A DNA stretch of 64,000 nucleotides from Octopus bimaculoides. Its lineage: Eukaryota. The stretch covers positions 27,495,610 to 27,559,609 of the forward strand of contig NC_068998.1 in NCBI RefSeq assembly GCF_001194135.2. Direction: 5' to 3'. The translations under genes and the position numbers were made by a program. The notes below the pieces were generated by a model, which saw only the letters and a list, made by a program, of their open reading frames with translations, made no database searches and was not told the origin of the DNA. Positions 13,500 to 25,200 of the stretch are shown here, one piece after another; position 1 is the stretch's first letter; every line of letters starts with the position of its first letter.

Positions 13500-15600
13500 T
13501 TAACCAATGTTCTGTGGCAAGACGATCAGAGGCTTCAGGTGTTTTGGATCATGAAAGCATGTAAAATAAAAAAAAAAAAATCATACCATGGAAGGAGAGA
13601 AGTGTGTTTGCATGGATGATGGCTCACTTGCAGTTAGTGATTCTGCAAAGAAGGAGGTTTGGAAGTGCCACAGAAAGGTTGCTAAATGTAGAGAATGCAT
13701 GGGAGGAGAGGAGCCAACTATCTGAATCGACAGTAGCTTAGATAAAGCAATTCAAGATAGGAAGACAGGGGAAAACCCTCTGGCCCATCAGGAATCACCA
13801 CTGATATGCTTGAAATATCTGGCAGTGTAGGATATAGCCTAGTCACTTTGTATACTTAATCAGGTTGTCCACAAGGGAGTTATATCCAATGATTGGTGTA
13901 GCAGCATTATAGTCAACTGCTACAAAGGTGATGCCCTAAACAAATAATTATAGTGTCAAATTGCTTGACCAGATGATGAAAGTTACAGAAAGAGCCATAT
14001 CTCAATTAATTAGGAGGAGAGTTAGTGTAGATGAGATGCTGTTTGGATTTGTGCCAGGTAGAAGCACCACCGATGCTATCTTCCTGGTGAGGCAACAGCA
14101 GAAGTACTTTGCCAAAACTAAACTTCTATATCTGGCTTTTGTTAACATTGCAAAAGCCTTTGAAAGGGTCCTCTGCTCCTTTATTTGGTGGGCAATGCAG
14201 AAGCTAGGAATAGATGAATGGTTGGTGAGAGCTGCAAAGGCCATGTACAGAGATGCTGTCAGTAAGGTGAAAGTTGCCAATAAGTAGAGCAACAAATTTA
14301 GTGTACAAGTAAGTGTCTACCAGGGATCTATTTCTAGTCCCCTCATGTTTATCATAGTCCTCCAAGCTATAGCTGAGGAATTTAAGACTGGTTGCCCTTG
14401 GGAGCTCCTTTATACCAATGACCTTACTCTTATTGCTGAATCGCTACCAGAACTAGAGAAGAAATTTCAGATATGGAAGCAAAGACTGGAATCAAAGGGC
14501 CTTAGAGTTAATTTAGCAAAGACCAAAGTCCTGATTAGTAGGAAAACAGACAAATCACAGATCCCTTCAGGGAGATGGTCCTGCTTGATATGTAGAAAAG
14601 TATCAGGAGAAACTTCAGAAACTCAGTACAAGCTGTGGACACATAAGAGGTGCTGTGGTATCACTGGAAGATTAACAGAGAAAGTAGTCTTTACATGTGA
14701 CAGATGTGCAGGTACATTAAACACCAGGAATGTACAAAAAATAGACTCCCTCAAATGTCGGGAAGATCCTAAGAAGTAATAGACAGTTTCTGTTACTTAG
14801 GTGACCAAGGTAGTTGTGGTGGAGGTTGTTCTGAAAGCATAGCTGCTAGAATAAGAATAGGCTGGCAAAATTCAGAGAGCTCCTACCTCTGTTAGTAATG
14901 AAGGACCTTTCCCTCAGAGTGAAAGGCAGATTGTATGATGCATATGTATGAACAGCTATGCTACATGACTGAAGATCATCATCATTCAACGCCTGCTTTC
15001 CATGCTGGCATGGGTTAGACAGTTTGACTGAAAACTGGTAAGCTGCACCAGGTTCCGATCTGATTTGACAAGGTTTCTACAGCTGGATGCCCTTCTTAAT
15101 GCCAACCACTCCAAAGTTGTAGCGGGTGTTTTGACGTGACACCAGCATTGTCCACAACTACAATCATGCTCGAAGGATATGCGAAGGCTTGAAAGAAATG
15201 AAGCCAGTATACTCTGCTGGATGGGTAATGTCAGAGTGCATATATGGACAGAGTGTGATTTGAGAGAAAAACTGGGAGTATGAGGCATCAGATGGTGTGT
15301 GCAAGAAAGAAGACTGTGCTGCTATGGTCATGTAATGCATATGAATGAAGACAGTTGCATCAAGAAGTGCCAATCTTTCTAATTGTGGAGGGAACGCGTT
15401 GAAGGGGTAGATCCAAGAAGATGTGGGATGAAGTAGTGAGAAAGGATCTTCAGACATTGGGCCTCACAAAGGGGATGACAGGGGACCAAGACTCCTGGTG
15501 GTTTGCACACTTCAGAAGACACATCAAGCTATGTAAAAGTATGGTTGTCCTTGCATATAGGCATGTCCCCTGCATCCCTCCCCAACTGAGCATTCCTAAT
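13500..15600 (+). mobile_element. Degenerate RTE-clade non-LTR retrotransposon (RT and 3' end), interrupted by a family C SINE
   Basis: FGFVPGRSTTDAIFLVRQ, LAFVNIAKAFERV, LYTNDL (YADD decayed), GLRVNLAKTKVL, RRLERNEAS; stops and frameshifts. Confidence 0.9.
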
Positions 15601-15931
15601 CTTGTAGGCTGATGGGTGCCGGTGCTGCATAAAAGCATCCAGTATACTCTGTAAAGTGGTTGGCGTTAGAAAGGATATCCAGCCATAGAAACCATCCAAA
15701 ACAAACATGGAGTCTGGCCAGCACCTGTCTAACCATCCATCTCATGAAAAATGGATGTTAAATGATGATATATAATGCACAGGTGTGGCTGTGTGATAAG
15801 AAGCTTATTTCCCAACCACATGGTTCAGTCCCACTGCATGGCACTTTGGGCAAGTGTCTTCTACTACAGCCTTGGGTTGACCAAAGCCTTACAAGTGGAT
15901 TTGGTGGATGGAAACTGAAGGAAGCCCGTCA

Positions 15932-15978
<47 letters not shown>

Positions 15979-16175
15979 CTGTCCACCAACACTGCTTGAC
16001 AACTGGTGTTGGTGTGTTTATGTCCCTGTAACTTAGCAGTTTGGCAAAAGGAACCAATAGAATAAGTACTAGGCTTTAAAAATAAGTCCTGGGGTCAATT
16101 CGTTTCACTAAAACTCTTCAGGGCATGTGCACAGTCAAATGACTGAAACAAGTCAAGGATGGATATATATGTGTG

Positions 16176-16208
<33 letters not shown>

Positions 16209-16447
16209 GAAAAATTGAAAATGGAGACAAATGCTCAAAATGCTATTAATCATTTATATTCTCATATCATCGACATGTTTTGATGGATGCATTAAAAATC
16301 CTTGTCTCAGTTATCAATTTTTCTTATTTTCTCCTAAATATGTCTCGCTTTTCCCCGGAATCAAATCCCACTCAAGTGTAACCATTGTTTCCTGGGACAC
16401 TTAAGCAACATTTAGCTACCTTGTAATTATTCCCTTGGATCTTTCCT

Positions 16448-16481
<34 letters not shown>

Positions 16482-16519
16482 GGTAAGTATGTATGTGTAT
16501 GAGTGTACTTCATCATTGT

Positions 16520-16930
16520 TACTTTTTTACATCCACTTTTCCATGTACACATGGATTGGACAGGTCCCATCTAACACAGCTTCTAGATATTTGTTGCATT
16601 CTTTCAATACATCCCGACTGAAGTTCAATAACCCAAAATCAACCATTGGGCCTATTTGTTCCTTCCTCTAGCACCATTTCCTTTCTCTTGTATTTCTGAG
16701 AACGTCTTTACTCATTTCTTTTTCCATATGCAACACATCTGTGTCAATGCATTTTGTCTTTCAATTCATCACTTCCACATCCTTCTTACACACAAATGTT
16801 GCATACCCTTACTTTATTTCACTCTGACCTTCACACATCTTGTGCTTAGTCCCCACATCTCATTATCATACAGCATCACACTTCATACATAAGCAACATT
16901 CAGTCTACCTTTCATTAAAAAGAAGACTCC
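16520..16930 (-). mobile_element. Degenerate RTE-like LINE fragment
   Basis: Minus-strand similarity to RTE 3' ORF regions; heavily decayed. Confidence 0.45.
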
Positions 16931-17034
16931 TCTTGTTACCATTAGAAGCAATAGCTCCATGAACTTTTGCCAGCCTCCTCTTGTTCTGGCTCCCAGAGCA
17001 CCCACCTCCATGGCTGATTAGGTTGTCTCGTTAA

Positions 17035-18145
17035 CAAGTTTTGGAAAGCTCAGGTAGAGCACCATCTGAAACAAGCCTTTAGAATCCAGTATCTCCAGAA
17101 TTCTTTCTGGTGAGATAGGATTACACATGTAAAGACCCTCCATCAAATCAACTCCAGCAACATTTAGTCCACACCACATAAACATCAACTCAGCTGAAAC
17201 ACTGTGTGGATGTGATTTGCATCTCTCTCATGGGAACCTCTACGGCCAGCTGCACCATGGTCAGCACATGGTTGGTGAATTAAAGAAGCAGTTCAGAGAT
17301 TTTGAAGAGTTTCTAATGGAAAATAATTCATGTAAAATAACTTTTCATTAAAGGTGTATGTAACTGTGAGGTACAACAGTTATAACTAAAAAGACTAATC
17401 AGTTTGTAGAATGGTATGAGAAGAGAAAATGGAGAAGGCATTGCCCCAGTTAACGAGGGAGATGTGTTGGAACATCCACTCCCACACACAGGGCTCACAC
17501 TTGTGGATGGCAGGGATGAAGTCCAGGTGCCAAGAATGTCAGAGATCTCCACTGTCACAGGCTCATCTACAAATCTGGCAGAGAACAGCTGATACTTTGA
17601 ATTTGCCCTTCTTGGCCTGATAAGCAGTGAAGCCTGTGCTGCCAGCCAAAGAAAGTGTTGCAGCATGTGGCATCCCAGATGAAGTGGGGGCTATCACTGT
17701 GGAACAGGAAAGTAGTCATGCAGTCTGGCCTTTTACTATCCCCTCAGCCCAGCCCAGCTAACTTGAGCTGGGAAGACTAACTTGCAGCATTTAGACTATG
17801 CTTTATGATTTCATTGAAAGCAGCATGGTGTAGAAGGCAGCTACCACTATAATGGCATGACAATCAAAGATTACCTGAATATGCCTTTGAAGAGATGCAA
17901 CATCAACATTTCAAGAATAGGAGATATTGTTACTTGTGTTCAAGTAGTCTTGGTGATCTTGAGGAAATTGAAAATATGGATAAGAAACATACTCAGTATT
18001 GCTAGAAGGGAGAAAAGGTGTATGCTTGCAGAGTAATCTCTGAGCTCTCTAATGAAACGTTTATATGCTTCATCTGCAACTAAAGCTGCACATCAAGTAT
18101 TGGGATGTAGTCATCAAAGGATCTACAAATGAAAAAGATGATGGT
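17035..18145 (+). mobile_element. Degenerate RTE/BovB-like LINE 3' end
   Basis: Fragments W*DRITHV, LYGQLHHG...KKQFRD, KDYLNMPLKRCNIN and terminal finger FICFICN*SCTSSIG..SHQRIY across frameshifts. Confidence 0.65.
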
Positions 18146-18365
18146 TATCATCAGATTCAGTGGACAACCATAAAGCAAAGAAGTGGGCGCATGTACATGT
18201 GCTTAGATAAGAGATACAAAGTTAATGAATGACAGTATTTGTTGACAATAAGGAGTGATGTGAAGTGGAAATGAAGTAGAGAGAGGACATCCAAGAAACC
18301 CACTTTCTTTAACACATAAAATTGTAGTAAAGAAGTAGTAAGAAACACTTGAGGAATGGTTTTCA

Positions 18366-18371
18366 TTTATT
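18366..18371 (-). promoter_or_regulatory. Candidate polyadenylation signal AATAAA for SEC23IP
   Basis: First AATAAA I found on the minus strand after the stop codon (~110 nt downstream); common by chance in AT-rich DNA. Confidence 0.35.
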
Positions 18372-18478
18372 CATATCTTTAAGTACAAGTTAGTATCTTA
18401 CCTACCTAAATGTAAAATTAAATGTTACTTTGAATATGAAACTTAGTTCAGATCTTAGAGACTTAACCTCCATTCCAT

Positions 18479-19274
18479 TTAGTAGGTGTTTTTTATAAAC
18501 CCTGTCAATGGAGGAGGTCCAACTGGCATACCAGTCGTTTGAGGACCTGTAGTGGGGGGTATCATTGATGGAGTTGTTGAAGGTGGACCCATGGGTGGAG
18601 GAAGATTTGTTGAAGGTAAACTCATGGGTATATGAGATAACACAGGAGCAGTTGTAGGAGGTGCAATGGAAGGAGTAGAAGTTGAAGGAGGACCCATGGG
18701 GAGAGGACCAACTGAAGGAGGTCCCATTGGAGGAGGGCCTGTTGAAGGAGGTCCCATGGGAGGAAGGCTTGTTGAAGGTCTCATGGGGGGAGGTCCCATA
18801 GGAGGAGGGCCAGTTGAAGGAGGTCCCATAGGGGGAGGGCCAGTTGAAGGAGGTCCCATAGGGGGAGGGCCAGTTGAAGGAGATCCCATAGGGGGAGGAC
18901 CAACTGAAGGCCTCATAGATGGAGGGCCTGTTGGAGGTGGTCCCATGGGGGGAGGACCAATTGAAGGATGTCCCTTTGGGGGAGGGCCAGTAGGAGGTCC
19001 CATAGGGGAAAATACACCAAAATGATGTGATGTGTTTGCAGTGGCTTGAGCTTGAGAGCTAACAGGACTTGAATATTCTCGTCTTTTAGAATTTAATTGT
19101 GGATCTGAGTAGGAAGATGCTTGGAGAGGAGTTGAAGGTGAAGTAAGAGGAACAGTTGAGGAAGGAGGTGAAACTGTACTTCGGTTCATTGAATCTGGCC
19201 AATTCGTCTGAGGATAAATTCCTATTATTGAGTACAACTCCTTAAGTATAAGCAGCACTGTGTCTTCAGATTCC
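18479..19274 (-). CDS. SEC23IP: SEC23IP terminal coding exon ([14 protein letters not shown] + long Pro-rich tail)
   Basis: gtttacag acceptor; open to TAA at 18479; no convincing internal donor seen. Confidence 0.85.
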
Positions 19275-22200
19275 CTGTAAACAAAAAAAAAACAAACTGG
19301 ATAGACATGGGTTCACAGCAGACTTAATCATAAGTGTTGTTTACACTGGTATTAGCTTTTCTGAATCAAATTGCATTATGGTGTTCTACCACTATCTTCT
19401 CTAGCAAGGCATGAAAGCCAAAATGTTTTAATGTCATTAAGTCTGTGATGTTCATGTCTTTCCTATGAACAGTGGTGACAAATGAGACTTCCAGATAGGG
19501 TCTTTCTGTTACCAGTGTAATCTCAAAACTAATACCATAGCTGGCATATATTCTTGAATACTTTACCTTCTATACATATCATTTTAACATCCACTTTTCT
19601 TATGCTTGCATCAGTTGGACAAAGTTTTATTGAGGCAGTTTTTCTACAACTAGATGCCCTTCCTGTAGCCAACCTTCTCAGGTTTCCAAGCAAGGTAACA
19701 TTGTAACATTTTTCTCATAGCCAGACATTTTCACAGAATACTCAAAATGAAAGACACTGTGTGACAGTAACATTCATTTATAACCATCATGTGATGTTAA
19801 GACTAGGCGACACAAATACACATGGTTGGGAAGCTGTATTCTTAACCATAGCCATGTCTGTGCAGACATGTATATTTATATATGGTACAATTTTTGCAAT
19901 TACTTGCTACATTGTGCTTACTGGGTAGTCTACAGTTCACATTCTGCTCTTCTTGTTAAAGATATTGAATTCAATGTTCTTGTCCCTGCAGCAATTATTA
20001 GTCTGTTAGTTTGTAGTAAATATTAAGCTGAAAATCTGCAGATATAACAATCACCAACCAAGGCACTGCACCAATGTATCAACTACATGGAGATTGGCAA
20101 CAAGACACTATATTAATGTACCTTCCTTTGAATCATTGCATGAAGACAAAGTCATCTATGATACCCTTACAACTCAATCAGTTTCAAGATATAATTATTA
20201 AATTCATTAGAAGTCAAGATGTAAGTCAGAAACAACACTAAATTAGTACAAATACTGTATGGTTAATGACTTACCAATAGCAGCCATGACTAGTCAGTGC
20301 AAATAAATAATCGTTGAAGCTTTCAATAGGTTTCTCCTGTAAGACATAGTCAATTCTGCGTCCTTCATTTAACAGACCCATGCTGATTTCCTCATCATGA
20401 CTAGAAGCAATGGCTGAAAAATTTTTGAAAGAAGATATAGAAAGAAAATTTCAATGAATATAATCTTCAAACAGAAAACTTGATATATTTTAAACATATA
20501 TAATCAAATAAATCTATCAGACTACTGAAGTAATCATTAAAGTAAATCAGTTTCTATTTGGAGATCAATTCCTACACCCACCAGTTAACCAAGGTATTTT
20601 ATTTTTCAGCAACCACAAAAATTGAAGTCTTAACTGTAAAACACAGAAGTATCCTAAATTATTTAGCTACTTGTCAATAGTAGATGCTACCGTAAACTAA
20701 TTTTCCTTTTAGTTTAGCTGTGTAGAGGTGACAAACTGAAAAAACTATTTCAACTGATCCATCAAATCTACTCAATGGATACTAAAGAGATCTGTTTATA
20801 TATTACAATATTAGTTTATATTTTTACTTTTGTTATGGCATAGTCTGGCGGATTTTCTGCAGTTATGATCTTTACAGATCAATGTAGCTTCAACACCAAC
20901 ACTTGCAGGGAAAATGTTATTGTGAAGGGAATTTTAGAGGATTGACATTTTGAGGATGAAGGAATAGGAAAAGTAGCCAGCGCAGAAGCTATACAATGAG
21001 GGACAAGAGGAAAGGCAAAAGCAAGGAAACTTAAAAAAAATATAGTCTCAGTAGTTGTGGAGATAATGAAACAAAGACTATTAATTCGAAAGTGAAATAT
21101 AAAGTAGGTTTTTTTTTGTTTTTTGTTTTGTTTTCCCAGAAAATCTGTCCACTTACATGCAGTTTCACAAGATTCATCATCAGTGACAACTAACTGATTA
21201 ATAACCTCACTCATTTCTTTTTCTACATGTTGCTCCAGTGTTTGGTTTGAAGTGTGAGCTCGTGCAAATTCATTGATTGAATTCCAGGTACTCTTCAGAG
21301 AATCCAGAAATCTTTGCTTCAGATCAGAACCAACTCGGCTGAGACTTTCTCGCAATTCTGAAATTAAAAGAGACAAAATATCATTCCCCATTCAATGTTT
21401 TGATACTTATTAACAACCTTTTTGGATTGATGCTTAAATGCATCTTTGTTTATTATTATTAAATACCAGGGATTAGCTATGTAGTACTTCATATAAATCA
21501 GAAAAATCATCTTTACTACTAAATAAAGATGAGGGTGGTGGTAAAATAGCAAGGCAGTGTTTTGTTTCATCTTACATTCTTAATTCATATCTGACCATTC
21601 ATAATTCTAGGGTCAATAAAATAAGTACAAGGTCTCAATTCAATATACTCTTTCACATTCCCCTTGTAAAAAATAGCAAGATATATTTATTATTATTATT
21701 ATTATCAACAGTGGTGAATTAGCAGAAACTGTACACTCATGTAGTAATTAGTTATAACTCTTTATGTTCTGTGTTCAAATCGCATAAAGTCAACTTTATC
21801 ATCCCTCTGGTGTTGATAAAAAAGTACAGATAATAATTGATTATATTTCTCTCCAAAAATTGGCTTTGTAAATGAAAACTGTTTCTATTATTACTAGAAT
21901 ATTTGTCCTGAGCTTGTCTTAACAGTGATTCAAGTACACTAACATACAAAACCTTCATATTAGTTTCCACACTAATTTACTAATAAATAATAAACAATCT
22001 TTCAACACATTAAACTGTCAACATTCTACACATGAAGTAGAAAAAAACCTTTTATATACTGAATTCTCAAATTTCCAACAAAATCACATAAATTCAATGT
22101 ACTACAGATATAAAATCACATAAATTCAATTCACCCCAAACAAAGCATTAAGATCATATAGCATCGTCACATATTCTTTATTGTGCCCTACTCAATTTAC

Positions 22201-25200
22201 ATAATTTCCATCAAATATACATGGATTCTGATAAATGTGATCTTAATACAACCACAGAAGGGAGCAAATCCAGCATCTAGTGGGAACATGTCTCCCAGAT
22301 TCCTACAGCAGTCAAAGCAGAAAGAGTGAGGTATATATCATCATCATTGTTTTAACATCCACTTTTCCATGCTTGTATAGGTCAGATGGAATTTATCGAG
22401 GCAGATTTTCTATGACCAGCTGCCGTTCCTGTAGCCAACCTTCACCTGCTTCCAAATAAAGTAATATTTCCCTATGACCAGACAGGTTTTCACAGAATAC
22501 TAGAAATGAAGGACAGCACTTGCATGGTTATGGCTCTTGTTTACAACCTTCATGTGATATCAAGGCAAGGAGACACACACAAACACACACACATTCTTTT
22601 GTCCTTTTATTTGTTTCAATCATTTGACTGGCCATGCTGGAGCACCACCTTGAAGGGTTTTAGTTGAGCAAATCAACCCCAGAACTTATTTCTATTGATC
22701 TCTTTTGCCAAACCACTAGGTTACGGTGACATAAATACACCAACACTGGTTAACAAGCAGTGGGCGGGGNNNNNNNNNNNNNNNNNNNNNNNNNNNNNNN
22801 NNNNNNNNNNNNNNNNNNNNNNNNNNNNNNNNNNNNNNNNNNNNNNNNNNNNNNNNNNNNNNNNNNNNNNNNNNNNNNNNNNNNNNNNNNNNNNNNNNNN
22901 NNNNNNNNAAGACACACACACATTAACAAGCTTCTTTTAGTTTCCGTCTACCAAATCCACTTGCAAGGCTTTGAAGAAGACACTTACCCAAGGTGTCACA
23001 CAAGCGGGACTGAACCCGGAACCATGTTGTTGGGAAGCAAGCTTCTTACCACACAGCCATGCCTAGGCTCCTTTTAATTTCCATCTACCAAATCCACTCA
23101 CAAGGCTTTGGTTAGCCCAGGGATATAGTAGAAGACACTCGCTCAAGGTATCACACAGTGGGACTGAACCCAGAACCATGTGATTGGGAAGCAAACTTCT
23201 TGTCACACATCTATGTATCTATGCATAAAGTTTCAGCTGATTAACCCTTTAGCATTCAGATTACTCTCTCAAATGTAATGTTTGTTTTTTCACATTGTTT
23301 TAAATTAATCTTGTAGCTTCAAAGTTTCGGTGATGTGATTGTTTACTTTAAGAATGATATTGTAGGGCAGATGTTAGAGGCTGGATGTGGCTGGTTTGAA
23401 CATAAAACAAGTAGAATATTTGGGCCAGATATGAGTCAGTTTAAATGCTAAAGGGTTTAAGATGCACATACATTGTATACATATTTCTTGTTTCCCCCAA
23501 GATAAAAACCTACAACTGTCTGGGTAACAGTGTCCAGTGAATGCTTTATAGTGTGTGCAATATTGTTACTTAGTCCCAGAGGAAGCCTTTGTTCAAAGGC
23601 ATTACAGTCAGGACCATTCCGTCTCTTTTCAGACATTGCATCACATTATTCAATTAATCCTTTTAAGACAGCAGGATAGAGCAGCTGCATAGATTTCTTG
23701 TTGGCTTGTGTTATCTTTTATCTGTTTCAATCATTAAATTGCGGCCATGCTGGGGCACTACCTTAAAGAACTTTTAGTCAAGTGAATTGACCCCAGTACT
23801 TATTTTTTGTAAGCTTGGGACATAAACAAACCAACTCCAGTTGTCAAGCAGTGGTAGGGGACAAACAGACACAAAGACATACACATACAACAGGCTTCTT
23901 TTAATTTTCATCCACAAAATCCACCCACAGGGCTCTGGTCAGCTCGAGGCTATGGTAGGTGCCATACAGTGGGACTGAACCTGGAACCACGTGGTTGGGA
24001 AGCAAGTTTCTTACCATCCAGCCATGCCTGTGCCTTATGCTTGTAATATATTTCTAATTCTAGACATGTGCTTTACTTATAATATAAAAACAGAAAATAA
24101 AGATGAGGGAAACAGCAATTAAGACTCACCTAAATGAAGACGTTTTCGGCCTTTATGATGTGGTATTAGTACTGGTTTGTGGTTACTAGCTTGGGCATTC
24201 ACAAGTGGCTCAATACGATAGGCCTACAACATGTAAACATAATATATTGAGATGTTGAGCTCTAATCAGAATATACTCTCACATCACAAATTCTACATTA
24301 CACTTGAAATAGATTATGTAATTCCATGTTATTATATGAAATTGGTCATGGTTTCAAGAGGAAATTATTTTACTGTCGACTGTTTGTCTAATCATTTAAT
24401 ACTCAACTAAAAAGTAGTGAAGATTTGTTTTAAAGACAGATTGAATTATATGCATGACTATGTATTTAACTGACCCTACAGAGGAATCTCATCTGTTGAT
24501 ATTAATATCAACATTCATTTGTGTATATACTTAGAGTTGGACAGCTACATCTATATACGGTACGGTGAATTACCATGCTTATATCATGCATTTTTTTAAA
24601 TTTTAACATTCAAAATAATTTTAATGAGTAGGTAATTGTTTCTGCTGACTAATACTAATTACACATCGTTGGTTTGATAGCTAAATGCGGTATTATTTTC
24701 TTCTATATATAATGACAGAAATTTAGCAAAATCAAGTTCTTTAACCAACAAACAAGTGGAAGTATAGTCATTCCACTTGCCAATGTTGCATGAAAATATC
24801 CAAAACAAAACTCCCTACTGTCATTAAAATAATTGCTGTGATTTCAAATTCTAAGTTTTAGACTTCCATATCAATAATAAAGATGGCAGTTAATACAGGA
24901 TAATTTTCAAGATTACTTTGCAATAAATTTTTGATGTTTGCAACAAGTTAATGGTAAAATGCCAAAATAACTTACCACAGAATCAAACTGGAGATACAGC
25001 CAAAAGAAGATGCAAAGAAAGTATAAAAAGTTATCAGAATGGTTTCAATACATTTAAATTATTTAAAATAAAAATTAAAAAAATTACAGAAAGCTAAAAC
25101 AAAAGACTTAATACATTTACTGATAATCTGTTACACAAAAGAACCAAGATAAACAATATTATTTATGAACTTGTTAACAATATGTGTTGTCTTTGATGTA

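Noticed and set aside
18666-19025. Gly-rich + strand ORF ([10 protein letters not shown] repeats)
   Set aside because: Antisense shadow of the Pro-rich SEC23IP coding repeat.
22080-22130. Short local duplications (also 133-232 and 25290-25330)
   Set aside because: Ordinary slippage duplications of 18-50 nt with no further structure.
24665-24682. Second possible 18-nt microexon (AG...GT) near the FDSV microexon
   Set aside because: Purine-rich upstream region with no polypyrimidine tract, and the peptide LSNQRC does not fit the motif.
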